NCBI RefSeq assembly: GCF_006345805.1
Contig: NC_043007.1
Coordinates: forward strand, 27,342,001 to 27,406,000
DNA length: 64,000 nt
Origin: Octopus sinensis
Taxonomy: Eukaryota
Direction of reading: 5' to 3'
Positions 1 through 13,590 of the stretch are shown in pieces (the stretch's first letter is position 1; each line of letters begins with the position of its first letter). The notes under the pieces were generated by a model. That model was not told the origin of the DNA. It made no database searches and saw nothing but the letters and a program-made list of their open reading frames with translations. Made by a program: the position numbers and the translations under genes.

Positions 1-41
1 GCATTTTATGTGTAAAGTTCAATACAAATTTCTCTCATATA

Positions 42-203
42 GGCGCAGGAGTAGCTGTGTGGTAAATAGCTTGTTTACCGACCACATGGTTCCGGGTTCA
101 GTCCCACTGCGTGGCACCTTGAGCAAATGTCGTCTACTATAGCCCCGGGCCGACCAAAGCCTTGTGAGTGGATTTGGTAGACGGGAACTGAAAGAAGCCC
201 GTC

Positions 204-249
<46 letters not shown>

Positions 250-265
250 ATATATATATATATAC

Positions 266-296
<31 letters not shown>

Positions 297-534
297 TGCG
301 TGTGTGTGTTTGTTTGGTGTGTCTCTGTTTGTCCCCCTAGCATTGCTTGAACAACCGATGCTGGTGTGTTTATGTCCCCGTTACTTAGCGGTTCGGCAAA
401 AGAGACCGATAGAATAAGTACTGGGCTTACAAAAGAATAAGTCCCGGGGTCGAGTTGCTCAATTAAAGGCGGTGCTCCAGCATGGTCGCACCCAAATGAC
501 TGAAACAAGCAAAAGAGTAAACAGTAAACAGTAA
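42..534 (+). mobile_element. tRNA-derived SINE, family A (full length, with internal (TA)n/(TG)n tract)
   Basis: A-box-like GTAGCTGTGTGGT, B-box-like GGTTCAGTCCC, then CCTTGAGCAAATG, an internal microsatellite, and a 3' part ending TGACTGAAACAAGCAAAAGAG. Near-identical to copies at 11585, 23490, 30372 and 39123. Confidence 0.9.
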
Positions 535-1060
535 TATGCTCTACACGCCCTGAAATGCATACGCCATTTTGTTTTTATCGTTTTCTTCCTAATTTTCCAT
601 CTATGACCGCAGTTACAAATTTAAAGCTGTCTCCATTTAAACATATGTTGATTTGTTTGTTTTTCTCCATATTTGAGACCTTGATTCCTATAAAGAACTT
701 TCCGGATAAGAAGCATGACGGGAGGACGCTGTCTTCAAAGAAATACATATCATATATACATGCAAAAGGGTCGACATCAGTGAAGGCAACCAAGAAACTC
801 TTCTGGAACGCAAATGTTTGCAACGAATATGAAATTATTTATCAGAATGTCGTTCAGACAAGTCGCTACCTAGTGTTTATCACCCAACGAGCAGTGATAT
901 AGGTTCGAACAGGAAGAAATCTAGCTGTGGAATAAAGATATTAACTTGGCGGAGGTATGATACCACAAATCTGAGGCTGAGTTAATTTGTAGAAAATTGT
1001 TTACATTGAGCAGTCTTCAGCATGAAGATGAAGATAGCTGCGTATGTGTATGGATGTGTG

Positions 1061-1103
<43 letters not shown>

Positions 1104-1107
<4 letters not shown>

Positions 1108-1256
1108 TGGGGGGTGAATTCACGGAAAAAAACAAAAGACGAAGACTGGTGGTGTACAAAACAAACAGCTGTATTAGTATAACGCTCAGGAATAGAAAAA
1201 GTCTTTTACGTTTCGAGCCTACGCTCTTCTACAGAAAGGGACAAAGAAAAAAAACA
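1104..1256 (-). mobile_element. Short (TA)n-embedded non-autonomous element with hammerhead-like motif (probably PLE-derived)
   Basis: Flanked by (TA)n on both sides; homologous to 35058-35190. Minus strand 1203-1238 reads CTTT CTGTAGA A GAGC GTAG GCTC GAAA CG TA AAAG. Confidence 0.6.
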
Positions 1257-1322
1257 ATATATATATATATATATTATATATATTATATAATATATATAAT
1301 ATCCCAGGCGTGTCTCTTTAGA

Positions 1323-1400
1323 GGCACAGGCGTGGTCGTGTGGTAAGTATCTTGCTTACAAACCACATGTTTTCCAGTTCCGTCTCACTGCGTTACACCT
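1323..1400 (+). mobile_element. SINE family A, degenerate 5' head
   Basis: GGCACAGGCGTGGTCGTGTGGTAAGTATCTTGCTTACAAACCACATG aligns to the family A head. Confidence 0.75.
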
Positions 1401-1499
1401 ACACAAATCCTTCAAACTATTTTTCCTAATTTTCTACTTTCGTTCATGCATTCATCCTTCCATCTATTTTTCCATCCATCCATACATACATACATACAC

Positions 1500-1531
<32 letters not shown>

Positions 1532-2269
1532 GCCTGCATGCATGCAGTGCATACATATACACATACATGCATGCATAAATACATACATATACATAAATGT
1601 TGAGGAAATATGATGAGAGAGGCACACCTTAAGAAGGACGGAATGAAGCCTGAAAGAAACGAGTAAACATTTGGTACCCGATATGTACCCGTAGTGCTTG
1701 GCAGGCAAAGTACTCTTCTGTCGAACCAGTCTTTGTGAATTTATTTCCTTTTTTTTTTTTTTAGAAAAATAACAAAATCGAGTCCAATGAACAACACTTG
1801 ATCCGCGATGAAATTAACAGACCATTTTCTTTGGTAAACTCACCACGCACTTGATTGCTTTCAAGAAAAACAATTGTCTTCTCGAAGGCATTCGAAAGAT
1901 GTCTACTACGAAAAAAGGATTGATTTTTTTTCTTTCTCCTAATATTTTTCAGGAACTTGGTAAAAAAATATTATTGGCGTAACCCTCCCAATCTGACCAT
2001 AACATAACATGTTCAAAGCCTATCAAGATATAATGATAAATGTGAAGGAGTTTGAAATGTGCTATAAGAAAAGATCAAACGGAAAGCAAAATGTCGCTTG
2101 TGAAAAGATATGAATATTATTATAAGTAGCATTTTGCGAAAGAAATATTACTAAACAATGCGTAAGAAGAACCAATCCTTAATTCCCAAAGACAAGGGAG
2201 AGGACGAAATGGACAAAGAATGAATTGTTTGGTTGTATTTGCACTTAAGTGTTATAGGATGAGATTGTG

Positions 2270-2527
2270 CGTATGTATGTCTCTGTGTATGTATGTGTGT
2301 GTGTATGTGCTGTGTTATTGGTGTGTAATGTGTGTTATGTGTTATATTGTATTGTGTGTATGTGTGTATGTATGTATCTGTGTATGTGTGTATGTATGTA
2401 TGTGTGTATATGTGTATGTATGTATGTGTGAATGTGTGTATGTGTGTGTATGTATGTATGTATGTATGTATGTATATATGTATGTATGTATTTATGTATG
2501 TATGTATGTGTATGTATGTATATGTGT
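2270..2527. repeat. Compound (TG)n/(TATG)n microsatellite
   Basis: Direct reading; explains the MCVYV-type ORFs. Confidence 0.95.
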
Positions 2528-2901
2528 GACCGTGAGTGCGTTTCTGTTGTGTGGTAGCTGAATTTTCCTCGTGATTGTCCGTGAATTACTATAATGTGCT
2601 TGTTGGTTTGTTTGCGCGTCAGTGCATCTGCCCTTGTTTCTTTCTCTGTATCTGCGTACGTCAGAGGGAAATTCAGAATGGTGGAGTGGTAGGCGAAGGA
2701 AAACAGAACAGGGGAAAAAAGGAGAAAAGGAGAGGGAGAGAGCGTAAAGGAGAAGAGAGAGCAGAAACAAAACGGTTTTCATCTTCCTATCAAAGCCACC
2801 GACTTATTTTAGTTCCTTCTTAGAAGGCAATCGCACTTAGAACGTAATTTTTAATAGCATTCTGTTACACATACACACACGCGCACTGGCACATGCATAA
2901 C

Positions 2902-3280
2902 CACACACTCAATACATACATACATATCACACATGTATGTCTATATCTATAATCTATCTATCTATTTATATATATAAATGGTGTGTGGTATAGATCTAGA
3001 TAGATATAGATAGATAGATAGATCATAGATAGATAGACAGATAGATATATAGATAGAATATTAAGTTTCTTTATTAGGCTGCACACAGATGGGACAAGTT
3101 ACAAGGTAGCTTTTCTTTTGGGGGATGACAGAAAAAAAGGTGGCGTAGTTTCGATCAAAAGGATCGTAAAAGGGGAAAGATAGAAAATAAAGAAAAAAGA
3201 AAAAAGGGAAAGGAGCAAATAAGAAAAATGAAAAGAAAAAAAGAGGAAAAAAAAAAGGGGAAGAGGAAAAAAAAACAAAA

Positions 3281-3311
<31 letters not shown>

Positions 3312-3315
3312 TATG

Positions 3316-3357
<42 letters not shown>

Positions 3358-3862
3358 TGTATTTATATATTAGGAAATCGCGAAAATAATGCGGTTTTTT
3401 ATACTTATATTCTTTAATATTAAGATAAACAAAATTTTTTTCTTTATCTAGAAATATAACACTCCTTCATTTTCCTCAATGCTCTTCCATCTAACCGGTT
3501 GATTGCAAGGCCTGTCTTCCAAAATTCACTTGTCCATTTACGAAAAGTATCCCTACATTTCTGTTCTGACTTAATCTACATATCTAATATTTTTTCCGTT
3601 CGAATCATTTTTAAGACTGCGGAATACATGATAATGAGATCAATCCATGTACCACGAATATTGGTGAGTGGAGCATCGTTTCCCATTCAAAATGTTCTAG
3701 TTTTTGCAATTCCATCCTCGCTGTATGTAACCGAAAATTGTAAAAACACCTCTCGTCTCAAAACCAAAAACGATCGTCTTTCTTCTAGTGCAGGTGTCGA
3801 TGACTGTTTCAATCACCAAATCCAAGCTTCTCGCCTGGTTCGTCAAAATTGATGGAATGATG

Positions 3863-3909
<47 letters not shown>

Positions 3910-3939
3910 ATATATATATTAATATATATATATATATTA

Positions 3940-4015
<76 letters not shown>

Positions 4016-4646
4016 TATATATATATATTTTCCCTTTGCTCTTTATCTCTTTTACTTGTTTCAGTCATTAACTGCGGCCATGCTGGAGCACCGCCTTAGT
4101 CGAGCAAATCTACCCCAGAAGTTATTCTTTTTAAGCCTAGTACGTATTCTATCGGCCCTCTTTTGCCGAACTGCTAAGTTACAGGGACATAAACACACCA
4201 CCATCGTTTGTCAAGCGTTGTTGGGGGCAAAACAAAACACACATACACACACACAGACAGACAACATACACACTCACATACATACATACATATCACACAT
4301 GTATGTCTATATCTATAATCTATCTATCTATTTATATATATAAATGGTGTGTGGTATAGATCTAGATAGATATAGATAGATAGATAGATCATAGATAGAT
4401 AGACAGATAGATATATAGATAGAATATTAAGTTTCTTTATTAGGCTGCACACAGATGGGACAAGTTACAAGGTAGCTTTTCTTTTGGGGGATGACAGAAA
4501 AAAAGGTGGCGTAGTTTCGATCAAAAGGATCGTAAAAGGGGAAAGATAGAAAATAAAGAAAAAAGAAAAAAGGGAAAGGAGCAAATAAGAAAAATGAAAA
4601 GAAAAAAAGAGGAAAAAAAAAAGGGGAAGAGGAAAAAAAAACAAAA

Positions 4647-4677
<31 letters not shown>

Positions 4678-5638
4678 TATGTAGATAGATAGATAGATAG
4701 ATAGATAGAAGATAGATAGATTGTATTTATATATAGGAAATCGCGAAAATAATGCGGTTTTTATACTTATATTCTTTAATATTAAGATAAAACAAAATTT
4801 TTTTCTTTATCTAGAAATATAACACTCCTTCATGTTTCCTCAATGCTCTTCCATCTAACCGGTTGATTGCAAGGCCTGTCTTCCAAATTCACTTGTCCAT
4901 TTACGAAAAGTATCCCTACATTCTGTTCTGACTTAATCTACATATCTAATATTTTTTCCGTTCGAATCATTTTAAGACTGGCGGAATACATGATAATGAG
5001 ATCAATCCATGTTACCACGAATATTGGTGAGTGGAGCATCGTTTCGCATTCAAAATGTTCTAGTTTTTGCAATTCCATCCTCGCTGTATGTAACCGAAAA
5101 TTGGAAAAACACCTCTCGTCTCAAACCAAAAACGATCGTCTTTCTTGTAGTGCAGGTGTCGATGACTGTTTTCATGACCAAATCCAAGCTTCTCGCCTGG
5201 TTCGTCAAAATGATGGAATGATGCAATACATAATATCTATATATATATATATATAATATAATATTGTATATATATATATATATATAATATATATATATAG
5301 TAATATATATATATATGTTTATATATATATATATATCTATATATATATATATATATATATATATAGATATTATATATATAATATCTATATATTTTCCCTT
5401 TCTCTTTATTCTTTTACTTGTTTCAGTCATTTAACTGCGGCCATGCTGGAGCACCGCCTTTAGTCGAGCAAATCTACCCCAGAAGTTATTCTTTTTAAGC
5501 CTAGTACGTGTCCTATCGGCCCTCTTTTGCCGAACTGCTAAGTTACAGGGACATAAACACACCACCATCGTTTGTCAAGCGTTGTGGGGGGCAAACACAA
5601 ACACACATACACACACACCACAGACAGAAACATACACA
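2902..5638. repeat. Tandem duplication, unit about 1.37 kb (2902-4269 and 4270-5638)
   Basis: The same order of (GATA)n, a purine-rich block, the unique TTCCATCTAACCGGTTGATTGCAAGGCC... segment, (TA)n and a SINE A 3' half occurs twice. Differences are mostly small indels and repeat-length changes. Confidence 0.95.
4030..4255 (-). mobile_element. SINE family A, 3' half (second copy at about 5398-5630 in the duplicate unit)
   Basis: TTTACTTGTTTCAGTCATTAACTGCGGCCATGCTGGAGCACCGCC is the reverse complement of the family A 3' end. Confidence 0.85.
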
Positions 5639-6707
5639 CCACATACATAAACATATATATATATATATATTATATATATATAATATACATATATATATAT
5701 ATGATGTGTGTGTGTGTGTGTGTGTGTTTATATGAGTGCATGTTCTTATCCATATATATGTGCAGCAATATATATACGTGTGTGGATTCTTGTTTATTTG
5801 TACATATATAAAGAAGTTTGGAACAAAATGCGTACGGTTTTACATGTACAAATTACATACGCTTGTGTTTTGGGCGTGTGTGTGCATATGAGTGTGTGTA
5901 TGTGCGTTAATCAACAATTTCATTCTACACTGTTAATTTGTTGCACTGATATGACTTATTAGAAATAAATAAACATCTCTTGAATGCCTACTAGACTTCA
6001 GTTCTATAAATATTTTCTACGCAGCAAATTATGGTGACGATCTTGTGTAAATGACGGATCAGATATCCTGGTTCTCTTAGTGCTAAGCCTCTCAGTGATT
6101 TGTGTGTGTATCTGTGTGTATGTTTGTTACGTTTTAAGCTTGGCAGCGGAGTGTCCTTCCCTTGGAGATACGATGCTGTTATGTTTTAGAGTTGTGACAA
6201 TGAAATAGATAGGACGTGTCGTATTCTATGAAGTTGAACTAAACGTCCTTGACTTTGTGATAAAAAGAAAAGAATCGGTGTGGCTTTAAAAGGCTTCGAT
6301 GGAGATTACGTGGAATATATATTGTATAATTCGCAAAATTTCTATAATCGATAATAAAATATTTTATAAGGTACAGAATAACATTCCAACTGTAATTATT
6401 TCTCTATCGCTCTATGAAGACACACGTGTAGAGACAAACATATATGTACTCATACAAACATACATAGACAGACACAGAGTGAGACACGTGTTTATTTTAA
6501 TTGTGATTTAACGCATAAGATATACAGAGAAAATGACATTGGACATTGAATTGAAGCAGCCCTCAACAATTGGCATTAGAGTACCACATGAATTGTTATA
6601 AGTATCTGTGTGAGAATGAAGTCAAAGTTTTAATTTGAATGCTGCCATCTAACTATAAATTAGTTTGGTTTTCCAAAGACTTATATACGTCTTTACTAGT
6701 AGATGAT

Positions 6708-6945
6708 GGCGGCGAGCTGGCACAATCATTAGCACGCCGGGCGAAATGCTTGGCGGTATTTCGTCTGCCGTTACGTTCTGAGTTCAAATTCCGCCGAGGT
6801 CGACTTTGCCTTTCATCCTTTCAGGGGTCGATTAAATAAGTACCAGATACGTACTGGGGTCGATGTAATCGACTTAATCCCTTTGTCTGTCCTTGTTTGT
6901 CCTCTCTGTGTTTAGCCCCTTGTGGGCAATGAAGAAATAAGAAAC
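6708..6945 (+). mobile_element. tRNA-derived SINE, family B, with 11-bp target-site duplication
   Basis: Head GGCGGCGAGCTGGCAC..., B-box-like GAGTTCAAATTCC, tail GGGCAATGAAGAAATAAG. CTAGTAGATGA is repeated at 6696-6706 and 6948-6958. Confidence 0.92.
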
Positions 6946-7159
6946 ATCTAGTAGATGACAAGTCAAACAAGTCAAACAAAAATATATCTTAAAAATAAAT
7001 TCAAGATGTTAATATGCAATATATGCGGCTCATCGTTATGAAAGAGGCGCTGATCCCCAGTTGCACAACGATAACCGTAGCTATAACAAGGGACACATGA
7101 TGGAAGCTATACGAGGTTTTTGATTGTTCATGAAATATAAACCAACATTTATATCAAAT

Positions 7160-7450
7160 TGCATTCTAGTTCCCAACGGACCTGAATCCTACGGCAGCGA
7201 TAACTTTGTTGAAAGGTTTCATAGAGAAAGACTGATCTCGGGCAAAACTGTAAGGACATAAGTAAAATTACAACGTGAGGTAAAGACAGGCGGAGGCAGT
7301 ACAGAATATATGGAAGTTCTACAGAATATATAGAAGTTTTAGACGGAGGCAGTACTAAGTATGAGGAATTACGGAATATATGGAAGCCAATATACAAGCC
7401 ATGTAGATTAAGGTCCAAATGAGAGATGGTCGTTGAAGCAAGGACGTCAG
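7160..7450 (+). mobile_element. Probable decayed Tc1/mariner transposase C-terminal remnant
   Basis: My translation gives PTDLNPT (cf. the SPDLNP motif) and later KPCRLRSK*EMVVEAR (cf. the ACxRFRSRIEAVVEAxG-type C-terminus), with stops and short internal duplications between them. No TIR found. Confidence 0.4.
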
Positions 7451-10099
7451 TCACACGGTTGCTCGATTAATGACTCCAACAACCATAAAACAACAATAAC
7501 TGGAAGATATTAATATAGACAAAACGCAAATACTTTACCGAATAACGAAAATAATTGTCATTACTGTAAGCAAAATTACAAGAGCATTTGTGGTACCTAA
7601 ATGATTACTTCAGGCCCAATAATTAACACTAGATTTCTGCGATTAATAAGGTCCCATTTCTGAACACTGGAAGGATGAAGATAAATCGCAGATCTGATTT
7701 CGACGAGATTTGAACTGAGAATATTAAGAGCCGAAAACCTACCGGAAATTATTTTTTCCGATATCATATAATTGTGAAGAAACGGTCCAAGGCATCACCT
7801 TAAGTTTGTTTGTTTAAGTATCGGTTTAATGGCCACTAACAGTACCCACTGACGAAGTTAGATATAAAAATTGGTAATATTATTCCGCCAATAATCCAAT
7901 ATCCCACTTGTCTCAACTTTGTTGTGATGTGACTATCACCCGATAAATGGTCCGTAATATATAAATACATACAAACATAATACATAGTACCCACACACAC
8001 ACATAATATATATATATATATATATACATACACATATATATATGTATATATATATACATGTTGTGTGCGTATATGTATATATATATATATATGCATATAT
8101 ATGTTTGTGTGTGTATATAGATATAGATATATGTATACATACATATCCGGAATGAATTGTATAGTATGTCTAATGATAGGCAATACGGACTTTTGCTAGC
8201 GTTGTGTTGTGTGATCTGATAGCCATGGACAAATATAAACAAATGTCTTTATAATTAATATGTGTGCTTGTATACATGTGCTTGTATACGTGTGCTTATG
8301 ATCGACTGAGTGACAGAGTGTGTATGTGTATGTGTGTGTGTGTGAGAGAGAGAGAGGGATGACTGTGTGTGTGTGTGTGTGTGGTGTGTGATTTTGTCTG
8401 CGCGTGTGTTTCCAAATGATTTATTCATGAACGAGTCAGTAGAAAATTGTATAGTTCTGAAAACGAGATATTTGTTAGGAGGAAAAAAAAATAGGCATAT
8501 TAAAGGAACACAGACAGAAAGAATAATATACAAAAATAAAACAAGACTACAAATCGAGAAAGACAAAGAGAGAAACAGAGAGAGAGAGAGAGAGAGAAAT
8601 CGGTAGGTGGGAGGGATAAACAAAGATTAGAACCGGTCAAATTTCTTGGAAAAAATCAACGTGTCTAGTCTGAAGATAGAAACTTAAATAAATTAGATGC
8701 CTTCTCTCGAAATAACCTCGTAATTGACATTTCCGACACAGCTGCTTTTTCAAAGCGTTTCTGATAGATTTCGGTTTAAGCCGTCATTTTGGTTTTGCTG
8801 TTCATATTCTTCGTTCGGAATATATTTGTATCTATTCTTCATTTTGCTCTTAATGATGTTCTCGTCTTTTTCTTTTCTTTTATCTATATATGTATTTGTA
8901 GTCTGTCGTAATGGTTTCCTTTTTTATTTATAAAATATTTAAAGCTACAGTGTGTTGTTGCAGTTTCAGCTATAGTAACATCCCTAGAAATCAAACGGAG
9001 AGCGGATTGCTTTTCCCGAGGAAAAGATAAGAAAAATACACTTCCTGCAGACTCTTCGCCCAGCTTGGTGATCCGACACATACACACGCACACATACACA
9101 CACACACACATACACACACACAGAGACACACACACACACACACATCAGCTATGGACTACTTTTGTTCATAAATTTCCCGAGACATGTGTCGTAACCATGG
9201 ACTAGTGAAATTCCTGGTAATAGTACGAATTAGTATGAAACTTAGTTATATTACTATAACTTGCATTGTAACATTGTTTTGGTTTTCTAAAATATATATT
9301 CATGTATGCATGTATGTATGCATGTATGTATGTATGTATGCATGTATGTATGTATGTATGTATGTATGCATGTATATATGTGTGTGTTTGTGCGTATGTA
9401 TCTTTGTTGATGTGTTATATATATATATATATATATGTATACACACACGAATACACATATATATACATACACAGAGAAAGAGGGTGAATGGGAGAGGGGG
9501 AGAGTTAAGGAGATAGAGAAGAATGGAAGTAGAAGACTAGATAGTGAGATAGAGACATTTGTCACATTGTTCCACATTGCATTTGCATACAGAAAAAATG
9601 TTTGTTTATATATTTAAACTAGGATATCTCTTAGCGTATTAATTTCAGGACACTGATGATGTGTCTACATGTTATACAATGTTTCAATAGATGTTACGGC
9701 ATCATAACAGCAATTTCTTGAGATGCGTGTATGTGCTATAAAGTATTGAATACGATACCTGCTTTCCGTACGTTATAACATACGAGCATGTCAGAGTGTG
9801 TTTGTGGGTTTGATATGTGAGTGCGTGAATGTACGTGTGCATATCTGTGTACGTGTATATTCATGTATGCGTGTGTGTGTGGTGTGTTATGTGCATGAGT
9901 GTATCTGACTCTGTGTGTGTATGTGTGTGTGCACAACAAAATGTGTGTTGATTCAGAATGTAATTTTACGTCACTAAAGTTAAACCAACAAGGAAAAATT
10001 TACAAATATTTAAAAACTCATCTCTGTATTTGCTCCAGACATCAGTAAATGACAAGTTGATAATCTTGAGTAAGGTCTAAAACAGTGTGATCTAATGTA

Positions 10100-10440
<341 letters not shown>

Positions 10441-11147
10441 TACGTGTGTTGTGTCCATTAATAGCACTCATCTACCCTCTCTGTTATCGATACAGGCACA
10501 CTGCACTCGTATATTCGTACAAAATTTTAAGACGGATGGAATCGATATATATATATATATAGATATATATATATATATGTATGTATGGGTGTGTGTGAGG
10601 CGTGTGTGTGTATAGGGAGGTATATAAGAGTACTATTTAACTTGAGAAATAAAAGGATTGGAGAATTGTTTTTGATGGAACAGTGTATTGACAAAAATGA
10701 GAATATACATTGATAGAAATGTCACCTGTCAAAGTGCCAAAATGATTTGTCATTTCTCATACTGTCTCAAAGAAAAGAAGTACACGGCTTAAGTAGTGCG
10801 AAATGCGAACAAACAAACAAACAAATATAACATATATATATATATAAGGTTCTGTGTGTATATGTGTGTGTTTGTTTAGTTCCCGAGTACCGAGGTCAGG
10901 CTTGTGACCACGAGAATATCTATAGATATTAATAAGTATACATTAACTGAATTCTAAATCTACATTCTGTGTTACATTAAAATGTCTATGTATTTGTGTG
11001 TAAATGTATGTATATGTACACATAGATATAAAAAGTATGTATATATATATATATTATATATATATATTATATATGTACGTATATGTGCATTTGCGGGTGT
11101 ATAAGTGCATGACTCTCTCTCTCACGCTCTCTCTTTCTCTCTCTCTT

Positions 11148-11222
<75 letters not shown>

Positions 11223-11224
<2 letters not shown>

Positions 11225-11512
11225 AGGCGCAATGGCCCAGTTAGGGCAGCGGACTTGCGGTTCTAGGATCTCGGTTTCAATTCCCGGACCGCACGTTGAG
11301 AGTGTTTATTTAGGGAAAACACCTAAACTCCACGATGCTCCGGCAGAGGGTGGTGGCGATCGCTGGTGTACTCTTTCGACACAACTTTCTCTCACTCTTT
11401 CTTCTGTTGCCCTGCTCGCGTAGCCAGCGGGGTGGGGTCATTTGAAGGCTTAAACAATGCGAAGCGCATTGTGACCAGAGATGTGTAGCAACATATGATA
11501 GCCTGGTCGGTC
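11223..11512 (+). mobile_element. tRNA-derived SINE, family C
   Basis: Head GGAGGCGCAATGGCCCAG...GGTTTCAATTCCC. Its 3' end ATTTGAAGGCTTAAACAATGCGAAGCGCATTGTGACCAG matches the inverted fragment at 24125-24230. Confidence 0.8.
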
Positions 11513-11584
11513 CATTAGGATATATATATATATCCTAATTATATATAGTATATATATATATATACATATTATAATATATATATA

Positions 11585-11986
11585 GGCACAGGAGTGGCTG
11601 TGTGGTAAGTTGCTTGCTAACCGACCACATGGTTCCGGGTTCAGTCCCACTGCGTAGCATCTTGGGCAAGTGTCTTCTGCTATAGGCCCGGGCCGACTAA
11701 TGCCGTGTGAGTGGATTTGGTAGACGGAAACTGAAAGAAGCCTGTCGTATATATGTATTTATATATGTATGTGTATGTATATGTTTGTGTGTCTGTGTTT
11801 GTCCGTCTAGCATTGCTTTACAACCGACGCTGGTGTGTTTACGTCCCCGTCACTTAGCGGTTCGGCAAAAAGAGACCGATAGAATAAGTACTGGGCTTAC
11901 AAAGAATAAGTCCCGAGGTCGATTTGCTCGACTAAAGGTGGTGCTCCAGCATGGCAGCAGTCAAATGACTGAAACAAGTAAAAGAG
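11585..11986 (+). mobile_element. SINE family A, full length
   Basis: Aligns end to end with 42-534. Confidence 0.92.
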
Positions 11987-12965
11987 TATATGTTGCTTTT
12001 TACCCAGGCTAGAATGTGATTTAATGATATAACCGACGGTAGAACTCTAGGTTCATTATGAAAAAGAATCTTGGGTGACAAATGATCGTACACAACTCAC
12101 AAAGAACAGAGACCGATTCTCTTATGTGAAAAATACACCTCTTTATCTGATTTTGCTCGACCTTATCTCATTATGAATATACGCATTGATTTTGAAACTA
12201 TACTCTTCTATATGGTAAATATGTTTGACTAGGACATATTGTGTGGTTCGAATTTTGTTGAACAGCCCGAGAGTTGTAGCCCCAGGTTCGATAGACAAGA
12301 AAACGCGATGCTCGACACAAGTAAAACGGCAAAGTAGCAGATTCATTTGAGTTTTGGGGGAAATGTTTTTTCAGTAATAGTTCAAACTAGTTTTATCTTC
12401 TCTGTTAAAATAGCACCGAAGTAAATTTGCCTTACATCTTGCCCACTTCGATAAAACTGAGTCTGCCAGAAGAGTAGATTTGCGACACATTGGGTTTTTT
12501 TTTTTAATTGTAAAGATGTGAATGGCCAGGAGAGTTTGACAATGTTGTATATATAAAGTGAACCAGATGGCATCTCGTCAAAAAAATGCGAAGAAAATCA
12601 GCTTCTTATAACCGACCGCGAAATTTGCAACGGACGCGAATATAGGCTTGTCCAAAATGAAATGTAGCGTACGATCTCATGATAGCGTAACGAAACAACA
12701 ACAGAAATAAATGCGTTCCAAGTAGAGACGTAGCGAATTCTGTACCGTGAATTTCACTGCATCCTGTCATAAAATTTGCTTTTGGGCTTGTCTCTTATTT
12801 TTCGAATTTCTTGATAAATATTAATTCTTATCACTAACGTTACATTAAAATATTTTGGTTTATTTTTAATTATCTTTTAACCCATTTAACTATGTTTTTA
12901 TTAATAAAGAGTGTCTGTAAATTATATCTGTAGTCATTATTTTCAGCTGTCACTTATACAGTTAA

Positions 12966-13590
12966 GGCGACGAGTTTCGCAGACTGGTTTGCACGACGGG
13001 CAAAATTCTTAGCGGCATTTCGTCCGTCTTTACGTTCTGAGTTCAAATTCCGCCGAGGTCGACTTTGCCTTTCATCCTTTCGGGGTCGATAAATTAAATA
13101 CCAGTTGCGTACTGGGGTCGATGTAATTTCAGGCCTTGTGTCTATTGTAAAAAATTATTATTTTAAGCTGTCACAAATATCAATATTTATCTAGTTAAGG
13201 CAGCGAGCTGGCAAAATCGTTAGTGCGCAGAGCAAAATGCATAACAGCATTTCATTTCGTCCGTCTTTCTGTTTTGAGTTCAAATTCCGTCGAGGCCAAC
13301 TTTATCGGGAACGATAAAATAAGAAGCAGTTAAATGCTGGGGGTCGATGTAATCGAATTACTGATCCCAGAAATTGCTGGCCTCTCGCCAAAATTGAAAC
13401 CAATATTTATTCAGTTGATAACTTCGTACCTAACAAAGTGCGGATTTGGTAAAACCGTTACCGTACGAGACTAAACGCTAATCGAGATTTCGTCCGTTTA
13501 TAAGTTCTGAGTTCAAATTCCACCGAGGTCGACGTTGCGTTTTATCATTTCGAGGTCGATGAAATAAGCACCAGTTGAACGCTGGATTCG
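12966..13590 (+). mobile_element. Cluster of three SINE family B copies (12966-13142, 13199-13405, about 13490-13590)
   Basis: Each contains GAGTTCAAATTCC.CCGAGG(T)CGAC...GGGTCGAT, with increasing divergence. Confidence 0.85.

Noticed and set aside
555-1040. Non-repetitive ORFs (555-902 plus; 575-823 minus)
   Set aside because: No recognisable domain or convincing splice sites, and the other frames are closed.
3440-3860. Possible very old LINE 3' end in the duplicated unit (minus strand, ...LAINR..RWKSIEET)
   Set aside because: Similarity needs several frameshifts and is too weak to call without an HMM search.
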